This document shows, one piece after another, positions 41,444 to 51,089 of a DNA stretch of 64,000 bases. Every line of letters starts with the position of its first letter. The stretch's first letter is position 1. The notes under the pieces are model-generated. The model had not been told where the DNA came from. It worked only from the letters and a program-made list of their open reading frames with translations, and made no database searches. The DNA is taken from NCBI GenBank assembly GCA_024637145.1, contig JAGXFQ010000039.1:2860-66859 (forward strand). Reading direction: 5' to 3'. The translations under genes and the position numbers were made by a program. This DNA is from Desulfobulbaceae bacterium (GTDB lineage Bacteria; Desulfobacterota; Desulfobulbia; Desulfobulbales; SURF-16).

Positions 41444-43903
41444 ATGGTCAACAGGCCCTTGAACAACCTGTTTTCGCCTACCTTCCTTGTCATCCATTCG
41501 ACGGTCGCCTTTGGCGGCGGCATCATCCTGGCCCGTCCTGATTTTGCCTCTTCCCCTCCTCTCCTTGTTACCACTTTCGGCCTGGGCCTTGCCGGTCTCC
41601 TCCTTGCCCTGACCAACAAAAGGTCCCACGCCCTTGGTGTTCTTTTTTTTCTACTGGCCGGGGTCTGCCACGGCAGCCAGGCCCTGGCCCCACCCCGGAC
41701 AGGGCATCATATTGCCAACCTCATACCAGAACAAAGAGAGGTGGCCTTGATCGGCGTGGTGGACCAGGCCATTGAATATGGTATTGAAAAGACGACCTTG
41801 GTCATGGAAAGCCAGGAAATCTTCATCCCCTCACCCACTCCCACCCTTCTTCTGCCGGCAGAGCAGATCAGCCCGCCCTTTCAGAAGGCCACCGGCCGGG
41901 TAAAACTCAGCATGCGCGGCAGGCCGGCGGAATCCTTCCTGCCGGGAGACCGCCTTCTCATCAGGGCAAAGATCAGCCCCCCGCAAGGATTTAATAATCC
42001 AGGGGGCTTCAACCTTTCCCGCTTTCTGGCCAGCCAGGATATCTTGATCAGCGGCTGGATCAGCTCCCCCCAGAGCCTCATCAGATTAGAGCTCCCACCT
42101 GACCACCAGCGCCTTCTGAGACACGGGGCGGAACGCCAGCGGGCCCGGCTCATCAACTTTATGCGCCTCCAGCTGCCGGAGCAACAGAGCGCGCTCTACC
42201 GGGCCCTGATCACCGGCGACCGGGCCGGTCTTTCCCCGGCCACGGTGGGACTCTTCCGGTCCCTGGGTATTGTCCATCTGCTGGCCATCTCCGGCCTTCA
42301 CATGGCCCTTCTGGCCGGAGCGATCATGGCCCTCTCCTTTTGGCTCCTGCAGAGGTCTGAGACCATCCTCCTCCACGGTTCTGCCCGGAAGATTTCTGCC
42401 TGTGCCGCCATCATCCCCCTGTTTCTCTATTGCCTGATCGCCGGCTTCCAGACCCCGGCCCTGCGCGCCCTGATCATGACCCTGATTTTTTTCAGTGCCC
42501 TGCTCAGCGATCGCCCCTGGCACGGGCCAACCAATGTCAGTCTGGCGGCCCTGCTCATCCTCTTGATCAGTCCCCTGGCCATAACCACGGTCTCCTTCCA
42601 GCTCTCCTTTGCCGCGGTGACCGGGATCATCCTCATCCTGCCCCTGCTCCGGCCTTTTTTCACAGATCCCCTGCACCAGAATTCCAAAAGCAAGATCAGC
42701 CGTTACCTCTCCGGCAGCATAGCGGTCTCCCTGGCGGCCAGTCTGGCCACCCTCCCCCTTCTGCTCTATCATTTTAATCGATTCGCCCTCAGCAGCTCCC
42801 TGGCCACCCTGATCACAGAGCCTTTCCTCTGCATCTGGGCGCTGGGATGGGGACTGCCGGCCAGCCTGCTCAGCCCCTTCTTTCCTGACCTGGCCCTCTT
42901 CCTCTTTAAAACCGGGGGCTGGGGGCTTGATGCTGCTCTTTTTCTGGCAGAAAAGATGCAATCAATTGCAAAATCCATCTGGCTGCCCACCCCGTCGCTG
43001 TCCCAGGTCATCTTTTTCTACATCTGCCTTTTTCTCTTCATCAAGACAGAAAAAATCTGGCTCAGAGTAACCTCTGCGCTTTGCAGCCTCTTGCTTTTTC
43101 TCCCTTATTCTGCGGTTCCCAGCACAGACCAAGCCACCATCCTTGATGTGGGGCAGGGCAATTGCGTCCTCATCGAAACAAGCAACGGCAAGGTTCTCAT
43201 CATTGATGCCGGCGGACCATCCTCCCCCACTTTTGATATCGGCAGACAGGTGATTGCCCCTGTTTTGTGGTCAAAGGGCATAAAGAGCATTGATCTTCTC
43301 GTCCTCAGCCATCCGGATGAGGATCATTATAGCGGCGCCGCCTTTCTCCTGGACCATTTTCCCACTAAAACCCTGTGGATCCCCACTCGCAACAGCCAGG
43401 ATTACGGGTGGCAGAAGACACTTGCCATTGCTGAGAAGCGGCACACCTTCACCCACATTCCCGAGGCCGGCGAATTCTTGCCCCTGGGGAGCGGCAGAGA
43501 AATATCCTCCCTTGCCGACCTCCACCTCAGCAGGCAGACCCAAAAAAACAACCAGGGCCTGGTGCTCAAATTCACCGCCGCGGGTCACTCCCTCCTTATG
43601 CCAGGCGATATCGAGACAGAGGCAGAAAGAGAGCTGATCCACAGCCACCTAGATCTAACCAGCACCATGATCATTGCCCCCCACCACGGCAGTGCCAGCT
43701 CCAGCAGCCGGGATTTCCTGACCCAGGTGGCCCCCCAGACCGTTATTTTTTCCGCCAGCAGATACAAAAAACCTCATTTCCCAAGCCCGGCGGTAGAGCA
43801 GAGATACCACAGCCTCGGGATCTTTTCCCTGAGCACTGCCGAGAGTGGTGCCATTACGGTGCTCTTTGACAAGGAAGGGCTGAAGACGGCAACCTGGCAA
43901 TAA
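41444..43903 (+). CDS. comEC: DNA internalization-related competence protein ComEC/Rec2 (with metallo-beta-lactamase domain)
   Basis: Trimmed to the ATG at 41444, after the terminator. It has a polytopic competence domain (..ITGDRAGLSPATVGLFRSLGIVHLLAISGLHMAL..) and a C-terminal MBL fold (ILDVGQGNCVLIE...LVLSHPDEDHYSGA...APHHGS). Confidence 0.85.
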   Translation: MVNRPLNNLFSPTFLVIHSTVAFGGGIILARPDFASSPPLLVTTFGLGLAGLLLALTNKRSHALGVLFFLLAGVCHGSQALAPPRTGHHIANLIPEQREVALIGVVDQAIEYGIEKTTLVMESQEIFIPSPTPTLLLPAEQISPPFQKATGRVKLSMRGRPAESFLPGDRLLIRAKISPPQGFNNPGGFNLSRFLASQDILISGWISSPQSLIRLELPPDHQRLLRHGAERQRARLINFMRLQLPEQQSALYRALITGDRAGLSPATVGLFRSLGIVHLLAISGLHMALLAGAIMALSFWLLQRSETILLHGSARKISACAAIIPLFLYCLIAGFQTPALRALIMTLIFFSALLSDRPWHGPTNVSLAALLILLISPLAITTVSFQLSFAAVTGIILILPLLRPFFTDPLHQNSKSKISRYLSGSIAVSLAASLATLPLLLYHFNRFALSSSLATLITEPFLCIWALGWGLPASLLSPFFPDLALFLFKTGGWGLDAALFLAEKMQSIAKSIWLPTPSLSQVIFFYICLFLFIKTEKIWLRVTSALCSLLLFLPYSAVPSTDQATILDVGQGNCVLIETSNGKVLIIDAGGPSSPTFDIGRQVIAPVLWSKGIKSIDLLVLSHPDEDHYSGAAFLLDHFPTKTLWIPTRNSQDYGWQKTLAIAEKRHTFTHIPEAGEFLPLGSGREISSLADLHLSRQTQKNNQGLVLKFTAAGHSLLMPGDIETEAERELIHSHLDLTSTMIIAPHHGSASSSSRDFLTQVAPQTVIFSASRYKKPHFPSPAVEQRYHSLGIFSLSTAESGAITVLFDKEGLKTATWQ

Positions 43904-43935
43904 AAAAAGCGGCCTCTGCAGAGACCGCCTTTTTT
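43904..43935. terminator. Bidirectional terminator between convergent comEC and pilT
   Basis: AAAAAAA-GCGGCCTCTG/CAGAGACCGC-C-TTTTTT: an imperfect GC-rich palindrome flanked by an A run and a T run. Confidence 0.65.
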
Positions 43936-43951
43936 AAAATGAAGACGCGGC

Positions 43952-45040
43952 TTAGATATCCGTGAAATCCGTGGGGGGCTTCTTGAGAAACTGCACAAAC
44001 TTACTCTTCTCAATACAATGCATATAGGCGTCACCAGGGGCGATCCAGCCCCGCTGGAGATAATCCATAATGGCATCATCCAGGGTCTGCATGCCATATT
44101 TCTTGCCGGTCTGCATGGCAGAGGGAATCTGGTAGGTCTTCCCCTCCCGGATGAGGTTACGGACCGCCGGGGTACAGATCAGCACCTCCAGGGCGGCACA
44201 ACGGCCCTTGACATCGACCCGCTTAAACAGGGTCTGAGAGACAACGGCCTTGAGGGCGTCCGCCAGGGTGGAACGGACCTGGGCCTGTTGGTCAGAAGGG
44301 AAGATCTCAATAATACGGTCAACCGTCTTGGCGGCGTTTAAGGTATGCAGGGTACCAAAGACAAGATGACCTGTCATGGCTGCCTCCATGGCCAGGGAAA
44401 TGGTCTCCAGATCACGCATCTCACCCACCATGATAATGTCTGGATCCTCACGCAGGGCGCCGCGCAGGGCCGCGGCAAAACTCTTGGTATGGGTGCCCAC
44501 CTCACGATGGTTAATCACGGCGAGCTGGCTGCGATGCACGAATTCGATGGGATCCTCAATGGTGAGGATATGATCACTCCGGGTGCGGTTGCACTCGTCA
44601 ATAACGGCTGCCAGGGTGGTGGACTTACCTGAACCCGTGGGGCCGGTCACCAGGACCATGCCCTTGGGAAGCCCGGAAAGCTTGCCGACCACCGGCGGTA
44701 GATTGAGCTGCTGGACGCTCAAAATCTCGCTGGGGATCTCACGAAATACCGCACCGACACCATATTTCTGCTGAAAGAGGTTACCACGATAGCGGGCCAG
44801 GCCAGAGATCTCGTAACCAAAATCGACATCACCTGTCTCCTCGAATTTTTTTGCCTTTTCCTCGGTGATAATCTCATAGAACATGGCCTTGAGTTCATCA
44901 TTCTCGAGAATCTTATACTTCACGCGCTCAATATCGCCGCGAATACGCAAGATGGGTTTCTGACCGGCAATCATATGAAGATCAGAGGCACCTTGCTCAT
45001 TCATCAGTTTAAAAAAGGCATCTATCTGCGCCATTACCAA
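43952..45040 (-). CDS. pilT: Type IV pilus retraction ATPase PilT
   Basis: It carries ASDLHMIAGQKPILRIRGD, Walker A GPTGSGKSTTLAA, ILTIEDPIEF, the Walker B region IIMVGEMRD, and the His box GHLVFGTLHT. The length of 362 aa is typical of PilT. Confidence 0.9.
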   Translation of the reverse strand: MVMAQIDAFFKLMNEQGASDLHMIAGQKPILRIRGDIERVKYKILENDELKAMFYEIITEEKAKKFEETGDVDFGYEISGLARYRGNLFQQKYGVGAVFREIPSEILSVQQLNLPPVVGKLSGLPKGMVLVTGPTGSGKSTTLAAVIDECNRTRSDHILTIEDPIEFVHRSQLAVINHREVGTHTKSFAAALRGALREDPDIIMVGEMRDLETISLAMEAAMTGHLVFGTLHTLNAAKTVDRIIEIFPSDQQAQVRSTLADALKAVVSQTLFKRVDVKGRCAALEVLICTPAVRNLIREGKTYQIPSAMQTGKKYGMQTLDDAIMDYLQRGWIAPGDAYMHCIEKSKFVQFLKKPPTDFTDI

Positions 45041-45360
45041 CCTCCGTTTTCAGTGGCCACCTGATGCTATCCAGCCCGGCTCGAAAAAAATCAAAAAAGG
45101 CACCCCAACCTCCCCTTTCCTCCAGATCAATGTGCCCCACTATAGCATGGCCCAGCCATTTCCTTCAATGAATAACAGCAGGATGCAGACACCTCCTCTG
45201 CAAAGGCAAGCAGATAACGACCCCATTCTCCCAGACAACATCTCCAGCAGCACGCCAACCTGCATACCCGCCTGATTACCCTTGCACCAAAAGGGAGAGC
45301 GCGTTAGATTCGTATCTCTGCAATTTCATCCACCTCTGCTGTCAACCCACATCGCCAACC

Positions 45361-46218
45361 ATGCAACATATTGACCTCCATTGCCACTCCAGCTTCTCCG
45401 ACGGCACCATGACCCCTGCCGAGCTGGTGGCCATGGCCCGCCATGAGAAATTAGGCGGCCTGGCCTTGACAGATCATGACACCATTGCCGGTCTCCCCGA
45501 ACTGTTTACAGAGGCCAAAAAAATTGGCCTGGTCACTCTTTCCGGAGTTGAACTGAGCGCCAACCATGGCGATATCCCCATCCACATCCTGGGCTACGGC
45601 TTTGATCTTGAGGAGGCAACGCTCAAGGAGAGCCTCAACCATCTGCAGCAGACAAGAAAAAGACGCAATGAAAAGATAATTGCCAACCTTCTGGAGCTCG
45701 GCATTGCCGTTACCTATAAGGAGATGCAGGTCTTGGCTGGCCATGGCGTCATGGGGCGTCCCCATTTTGGCCAACTCCTTATCAACCGCGGCAAGGTCAG
45801 GAACATGCAGGAGGCCTTTGCTCTCTATTTGCGTAAAGGCAGACCCGCCTATGCCTCCCGAGAAAAACTGCCGGTACCGGAGGCCTTGGAAATCATCCAC
45901 CAGGCCAAGGGGTTGGCAGTTCTGGCCCACCCTGGAATTATCCCCCTTGATCGCCCTAAGAGCATGGCGCTTATCAGCGAATTTCTGGCCATGGGCCTTG
46001 ACGGCATTGAGATCTATTACCCTACCCACTCAAGCGGGCTGCGCAAAAAACTACTCTCCCTCTGTGCGCAGGAGGATCTTGTTATTACCGGCGGCAGTGA
46101 CTATCATGGTGACACCCGACCCGGCACCCGGCTGGGCACCATGCAAAAAAAACAGCGCGTTCCCCTGGAAGTCCTGCTACAATTGCAGCAACGCCTCTCC
46201 CTGATTAACAAAGATTAA
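45361..46218 (+). CDS. PHP-domain phosphoesterase (TrpH/YciV, RNase AM-like)
   Basis: MQHIDLHCHSSFSDGTMTP..., LTDHDT, VELS, LAHPG, GIEIYYP and GGSDYHG are the PHP-family metal-binding motifs. Confidence 0.75.
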   Translation: MQHIDLHCHSSFSDGTMTPAELVAMARHEKLGGLALTDHDTIAGLPELFTEAKKIGLVTLSGVELSANHGDIPIHILGYGFDLEEATLKESLNHLQQTRKRRNEKIIANLLELGIAVTYKEMQVLAGHGVMGRPHFGQLLINRGKVRNMQEAFALYLRKGRPAYASREKLPVPEALEIIHQAKGLAVLAHPGIIPLDRPKSMALISEFLAMGLDGIEIYYPTHSSGLRKKLLSLCAQEDLVITGGSDYHGDTRPGTRLGTMQKKQRVPLEVLLQLQQRLSLINKD

Positions 46219-46223
46219 AACCC

Positions 46224-47618
46224 ATGTATACCATTCTCATCGTTGACGACGAACCAAATTACCTCATTGTCCTGCAAGATCTTCTCGAAGATGAAGGTTT
46301 TGAGGTTTTTACCGCCAACAACGGCCAGGAAGCCCTGCATATATGCCGGGATACCGATCTCGACCTCGTCCTCACCGACATGCAGATGCCCGGCATGGGC
46401 GGCATGGAGCTGCTCACCAAGATTAAAGAAGAGACTCCGCAGCTGCCGGTGATCATGATGACCGCCTTTGGCGAAGTGGACAAGGCCGTTGCCGCCATGC
46501 AGGCCGGCTCCTTTAACTTTCTCAGCAAACCCTTTAAGAATGACGAACTCCTGGCCAATATCAACAAGGCCATTGAACACCATTCCCTGTTAAGGGAAAA
46601 CATCCGCCTCCGTAACGAGGCCAAACAACGTTGCGATTTTGCCGGCATGGTTGGTAAAAACCGGATCATGCAGGACATCTATTCCCTCATCGAAAAAGTG
46701 GCGCCCACCTCCACCTCGATCCTTATTACCGGCGAGAGCGGCACGGGCAAAGAACTTATTGCCAAGGCCATTCACAGCAACTCAAAGAGAGAAAACGGCC
46801 CCTTTATTTCGGTGAACTGTGCAGCCCTGCCTGACTCGCTTCTGGAAAGCGAATTATTCGGCCATGAAAAGGGTGCCTTCACCGGCGCTATTTCCATGCG
46901 CAAAGGCCGTTTTGAACGGGCAGACCACGGCACTCTTTTCCTTGATGAAATTGGCGAAATTCCCTTGTCGCTCCAGGCCAAATTGCTGCGTATTATTCAG
47001 GAAAAGACCTTTGAGAGGGTAGGCGGATCCAGCGAGATCAACGTCGATGTCCGCATTATCACCGCCACCAACAAAGAGCTGAAAGAAGAGGTTGACCTGG
47101 GTAACTTCCGTGAGGATCTTTATTATCGCATCAATGTTCTCAACATCCACGTCCCCCCCTTGCGTGAACGGATGGATGACATTCCGCTCCTGGCCCGCCA
47201 TTTTGTTGGTAAATTTGCCCACCAACTCAGCAAACCTGACCTTACCATCTCCGAAGAGTCCATCGCCTTTCTGTCCAGTCTCCCCTGGGAGGGCAATATC
47301 AGAGAACTGGAAAATACCCTTGAACGCGCCTCCATTCTCTGCAACAATAACAAAATAGAACCAGAAGATGTGCAGCCCGACATCATCAGTTCCAATCAGC
47401 CGGAACTTGACGCCTATTTCAATATTGATGAAATATTCAGACCCGATATTCGCCTCCCTGACATCCTCAACGCCCTGGAAAAAAAAATGATCGTCAGGGC
47501 CATGGAACAGTCAGATTACGTTCAGACCAAGGCCGCCCAAAGTCTGGGCATCACCAAGAGTCTTCTCCAATATAAGATGAAAAAATTCGGCATCAAAAAA
47601 AAGGCCCCTGTTCATTAA
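46224..47618 (+). CDS. Sigma-54-dependent response regulator (NtrC family: REC-AAA+-Fis HTH)
   Basis: ILIVDDEPNY..LVLTDMQMPGMGG..K, Walker A GESGTGKELIAKAIH, the sigma-54 contact loop GAFTGA, Walker B LFLDEIGE, and the C-terminal QTKAAQSLGITKSLLQYKMKKFGI. Confidence 0.9.
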   Translation: MYTILIVDDEPNYLIVLQDLLEDEGFEVFTANNGQEALHICRDTDLDLVLTDMQMPGMGGMELLTKIKEETPQLPVIMMTAFGEVDKAVAAMQAGSFNFLSKPFKNDELLANINKAIEHHSLLRENIRLRNEAKQRCDFAGMVGKNRIMQDIYSLIEKVAPTSTSILITGESGTGKELIAKAIHSNSKRENGPFISVNCAALPDSLLESELFGHEKGAFTGAISMRKGRFERADHGTLFLDEIGEIPLSLQAKLLRIIQEKTFERVGGSSEINVDVRIITATNKELKEEVDLGNFREDLYYRINVLNIHVPPLRERMDDIPLLARHFVGKFAHQLSKPDLTISEESIAFLSSLPWEGNIRELENTLERASILCNNNKIEPEDVQPDIISSNQPELDAYFNIDEIFRPDIRLPDILNALEKKMIVRAMEQSDYVQTKAAQSLGITKSLLQYKMKKFGIKKKAPVH

Positions 47619-47721
47619 TCGGCAACTGCCTTATTTACAAAGATCCTCCTTTATGTGAAAATGAAAATATAATTCAAGGTTTTTCTTTAGTTCATGCCAT
47701 GATCCCCAGGAGTACCATACC

Positions 47722-48093
47722 GTGACCCCCTTGACACTTTTTCTTACCGTTATCGCCCTTGCAGTTGTGGTCTTGGTGGCTATGCTTATCCCCACCCTCT
47801 ACCAGATCCGCATGACCTCCAAAAAACTGAAAGAAACAGTGGAACAAGTTAGAGTGGAACTTATTCCTCTTATCAAATCAGCCACTGCCACCTCGGATGA
47901 ACTGCAGACCCTTACGGCCTCCATTAATAACAAGATGGACCAGACAAACATGCTTTTTAATGAACTGCAGGAGGCGGGTCATCTGGTCTTGGCCACCACC
48001 CATATCCTGAAAAATAAAATTTCGCCGGCCCTCATCCAGGTAGCCGGCCTTAATGCCGGCATTAAGGCATTTACAAATTTTTTCACAAGATGA
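47722..48093 (+). CDS. DUF948-like membrane-anchored coiled-coil protein
   Basis: GTG start. A single N-terminal TM segment (LTLFLTVIALAVVVLVAMLIPTLY) is followed by a helical region, as in DUF948/general-stress proteins. Confidence 0.5.
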   Translation: MTPLTLFLTVIALAVVVLVAMLIPTLYQIRMTSKKLKETVEQVRVELIPLIKSATATSDELQTLTASINNKMDQTNMLFNELQEAGHLVLATTHILKNKISPALIQVAGLNAGIKAFTNFFTR

Positions 48094-48347
48094 CAGCTGC
48101 ACCGGGCTGGCACATGGCGAGAGACCAGCCAGTTCGGTACATTTCAGCTCAAACCTTGCCCTGCTGTTGCAGCGGCAACTAAAGAAAGAAACATATGTGC
48201 TGTTAACGCCTTACGCAGGCTGCATGCTTGGCTGATTCAGGTACACATGTTACCTTTTTCAGCAATCAAGGAGCCGAAAAGGGGCTGGCGGCTTCAGGCC
48301 CAATACCAAGCCACCAAGATTTCAACCTTTATCAAAGGAGAAACATC

Positions 48348-48737
48348 ATGCATAGAGATGATCACTGCAGTTCAGGAACAACCCTTCTTTCTTTTCTAAC
48401 CGGCACGGTTATCGGTGCCGGCATTGCGCTGCTTTATGCCCCCAAAACAGGCGTTGAAACGAGAGAAATGCTTTCTGATTACGGCAATGACTTGCGAGAC
48501 AAAACTCGCCACCTGCCAGAAAGCCTGCGCTATTCCGCCGAGGATATTGCGGAGCATGGAAAAAATCTTATCAACAGAGGCAAAGAGCTCATTGAGCAGG
48601 GCAGTGAGATGGTCAACAGCGGCAAGGATTATCTGGACGAGAAGAAAAACGCCCTGAGTGAAGCCATCGAGGCAGGCCGCCATGCCATGCTTGAAGAGAA
48701 AGAGGAACTGACCGCAAGCCTGGAAAAGGAGAGCTGA
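48348..48737 (+). CDS. YtxH-domain protein
   Basis: Trimmed to the ATG at 48348, with AAAGGAG upstream. LLSFLTGTVIGAGIALLYAPKTGVETRE matches the YtxH signature (G...G...alL.AP.sG.etR). The tail is helical and K/E-rich. Confidence 0.75.
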   Translation: MHRDDHCSSGTTLLSFLTGTVIGAGIALLYAPKTGVETREMLSDYGNDLRDKTRHLPESLRYSAEDIAEHGKNLINRGKELIEQGSEMVNSGKDYLDEKKNALSEAIEAGRHAMLEEKEELTASLEKES

Positions 48738-48774
48738 CAAGCATTCTAAATGATTGCCCCTCAGCCCGACACAC

Positions 48775-48812
48775 AAAAAAGCCCTGAAGGATGTAACCTT
48801 CAGGGCTTTTTT
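48775..48812. terminator. Bidirectional terminator between ytxH-like gene and convergent lpxC
   Basis: AAAAAA-GCCCTGAAGG(48781-90)-ATGTAA-CCTTCAGGGC(48797-806)-TTTTTT: a perfect 10-bp stem. Confidence 0.8.
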
Positions 48813-48847
48813 GTGTCTTTGTTGTTGCGGAGAATCAGCAGGCCATC

Positions 48848-49807
48848 TCAGGAAAGTGAAGGCCGGGGTACAGGAGGCAGGAGAAAGGGTAAAACCATTT
48901 TCCCGGCGGCCCGGCTGGCCATGCGCATCTTATCCATCACACTTTCCTTACCATCTTCACTATGCTTCACTAGCTCCCAGCAATCCTGATTGGCCGCCAG
49001 CATCCTCATAAAGGCTACATGCTGGGTATGCCCCCCCCGGCAGGCGGTGATATGACCCAGGAGAGGACAACCAAGCAAGGCGAGATCACCCACCAGATCA
49101 AGGATCTTATGACGGGCAAACTCGTCAGCAAAGCGCAGACCTTCGGCATTGACAACACCATCCTGATCAATCACCACGGCATTTTCCAGAGAGCCACCCA
49201 AGGCCTTGCCATTTGCCCGGAGATACTCCACCTGTTCAAGAAAACCAAAGGTCCGGGCTGAGGCTATCTCCTTAACAAAGGAGTCTTGATCAATCTCAAC
49301 CGTATAGGACTGGCTCTTTATCACCGGATGATCAAACTGGACCTTACTGGTGATCTTAAAACCAGCAAAAGGCTTAACCTGAATCTCCGTAGCACCGGCC
49401 TTAAAAGTCATCTCTTTGGTGATTTTCATCATCAAACGTCTGGCCTTCTGCTCCTTTCTGTTTTTCTTCAGGACCTGAACAAAGGGGCCGGCACTGCCAT
49501 CCATGATGGGCAGCTCATCGCTGTCAAGCTCCACCATGACATTGTCAATACCCAGACCGCAAAGAGCGGCCAACAGATGTTCGGTGGTACCTACGAAAAC
49601 GTTATTCTTGGAGAGGGTGGTGGCCAGAGTGGTGTCACTCACCCTGCGCATGGAGGCGCGGACAATGGTATCCTGCCCCAGATCCACACGTTTGAAGCGA
49701 ATCCCGGTATGAACGGCTGCGGGCTTTATCCGCATCTTCACGGGCTTACCACTATGGAGACCAACGCCGGCAAAGGAAATTTCTTTTTTAACTGTATGTT
49801 GCCACAT
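48848..49807 (-). CDS. lpxC: UDP-3-O-acyl-N-acetylglucosamine deacetylase
   Basis: ISFAGVGLHSGKPVKMRIKPA..TGIRF, TTEHLLAAL.GLGIDN and EFARHKILDLVGDLALLG are diagnostic LpxC motifs. Confidence 0.9.
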   Translation of the reverse strand: MWQHTVKKEISFAGVGLHSGKPVKMRIKPAAVHTGIRFKRVDLGQDTIVRASMRRVSDTTLATTLSKNNVFVGTTEHLLAALCGLGIDNVMVELDSDELPIMDGSAGPFVQVLKKNRKEQKARRLMMKITKEMTFKAGATEIQVKPFAGFKITSKVQFDHPVIKSQSYTVEIDQDSFVKEIASARTFGFLEQVEYLRANGKALGGSLENAVVIDQDGVVNAEGLRFADEFARHKILDLVGDLALLGCPLLGHITACRGGHTQHVAFMRMLAANQDCWELVKHSEDGKESVMDKMRMASRAAGKMVLPFLLPPVPRPSLS

Positions 49808-49997
49808 TCTTTCTTTTCTCGCTTATTAAGGAATGCCAGGGGCATTTTAACACATTCTTAACCTAGGTGCCATAATGCACCTTCTGTGCCAGAAAGAAAA
49901 AGAAGGTCGCAAAACACGAAAACAACGCTTATTCAACATATTAGAGCAATACTGCAGACAAAGAGATCCTGTGGCCAAAAAACCACACCGCCCCCTA

Positions 49998-51089
49998 CTA
50001 GGCTTTATAGTGAGGACTTTCTGCCACAGAGAGCCGCCGGCAGACAAAGTCGTCAAAGCCCTTTGCCATCACCACATCCATTCGCAGGGCTAAGAGAGGT
50101 ATATCAGTGGTAAATTCCTTCACCTTGACCAGATCCTTTTCCGTGGTCACCAGGGCCTCAACTCCGAATCGCTCCCTGCAGCTATCAACCAAAGCGGCAA
50201 TCTGCCGGGACCTGTAAAGATGATGATCCGGATAGGCGGAAAATGTGTTTACGGTCAACCCTGCCACGGCAAGACTCTTTTCAAAATAAGCGGGCTGGGC
50301 CAAACCGCAAAAAGCGCCCACTTTTTTCCCAGCCAGAGTTGACAGCGCATACTCATGTCCTTGACCATCCACCAGACAGGCGGGCCGGTAGGCGCTGAAA
50401 AAAACAGGAATCCCCTCAAAACGTTTCTCCAGGGCCTGCCGAAGTGTTTCGGCACGTTGTTTGTTTTCTTCATCAACACAGGTCAGCACAAAACAATGGG
50501 CCCGCCCCAGGGCCGCCAGGGGCTCACGCATATCACCACCTGGGAAAATCCGGTTATTGCCCAGAAAGCTGTCCACCTTAAAAAGAACCATATCAAGATC
50601 GCGCGCCATTGCCAGATGCTGAAAACCATCATCGAGAAGAAGCAGCCCGGCACCGAGTTTTTCAACGCCGTAATGACTGGCCAAGATCCTTTGGCGGCCG
50701 GTAATAACAGGAACACCGGGTAAAACAGAGGCCATCAGATAGGGCTCATCACCAGCCTGCCTGGCATCAAGGAGAATCGCCTGGCCATCGCTCACCACAT
50801 TAATCTTACCACCCGCCTTACCGCCATAGCCCCGGCTGACGATGGCGACCTTGCGGGGGGCCAACAGCCGGGCAAGGTAGATCACCATGGGCGTTTTGCC
50901 GGTGCCCCCCATGGTGAGATTGCCGACACTGACCACCGGCACCCCCAGGTGGTGGCGGCGCAAGAGACCCCGCGCATAAAGGCTGGCCCGCATGGCCATG
51001 GCCGCTCCATACAGAGGGGCAAAGGGCCTGCCGATAGTGAAAAGAGGATTCAACCGGAGATCCTGTTTTTTTTCCTTTTTCCTGCTCAT
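49998..51089 (-). CDS. lpxK: Tetraacyldisaccharide 4'-kinase
   Basis: VVSVGNLTMGGTGKTPMVIYLARLL (LpxK P-loop), SRGYGG and LLDDGFQH. Confidence 0.85.
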   Translation of the reverse strand: MSRKKEKKQDLRLNPLFTIGRPFAPLYGAAMAMRASLYARGLLRRHHLGVPVVSVGNLTMGGTGKTPMVIYLARLLAPRKVAIVSRGYGGKAGGKINVVSDGQAILLDARQAGDEPYLMASVLPGVPVITGRQRILASHYGVEKLGAGLLLLDDGFQHLAMARDLDMVLFKVDSFLGNNRIFPGGDMREPLAALGRAHCFVLTCVDEENKQRAETLRQALEKRFEGIPVFFSAYRPACLVDGQGHEYALSTLAGKKVGAFCGLAQPAYFEKSLAVAGLTVNTFSAYPDHHLYRSRQIAALVDSCRERFGVEALVTTEKDLVKVKEFTTDIPLLALRMDVVMAKGFDDFVCRRLSVAESPHYKA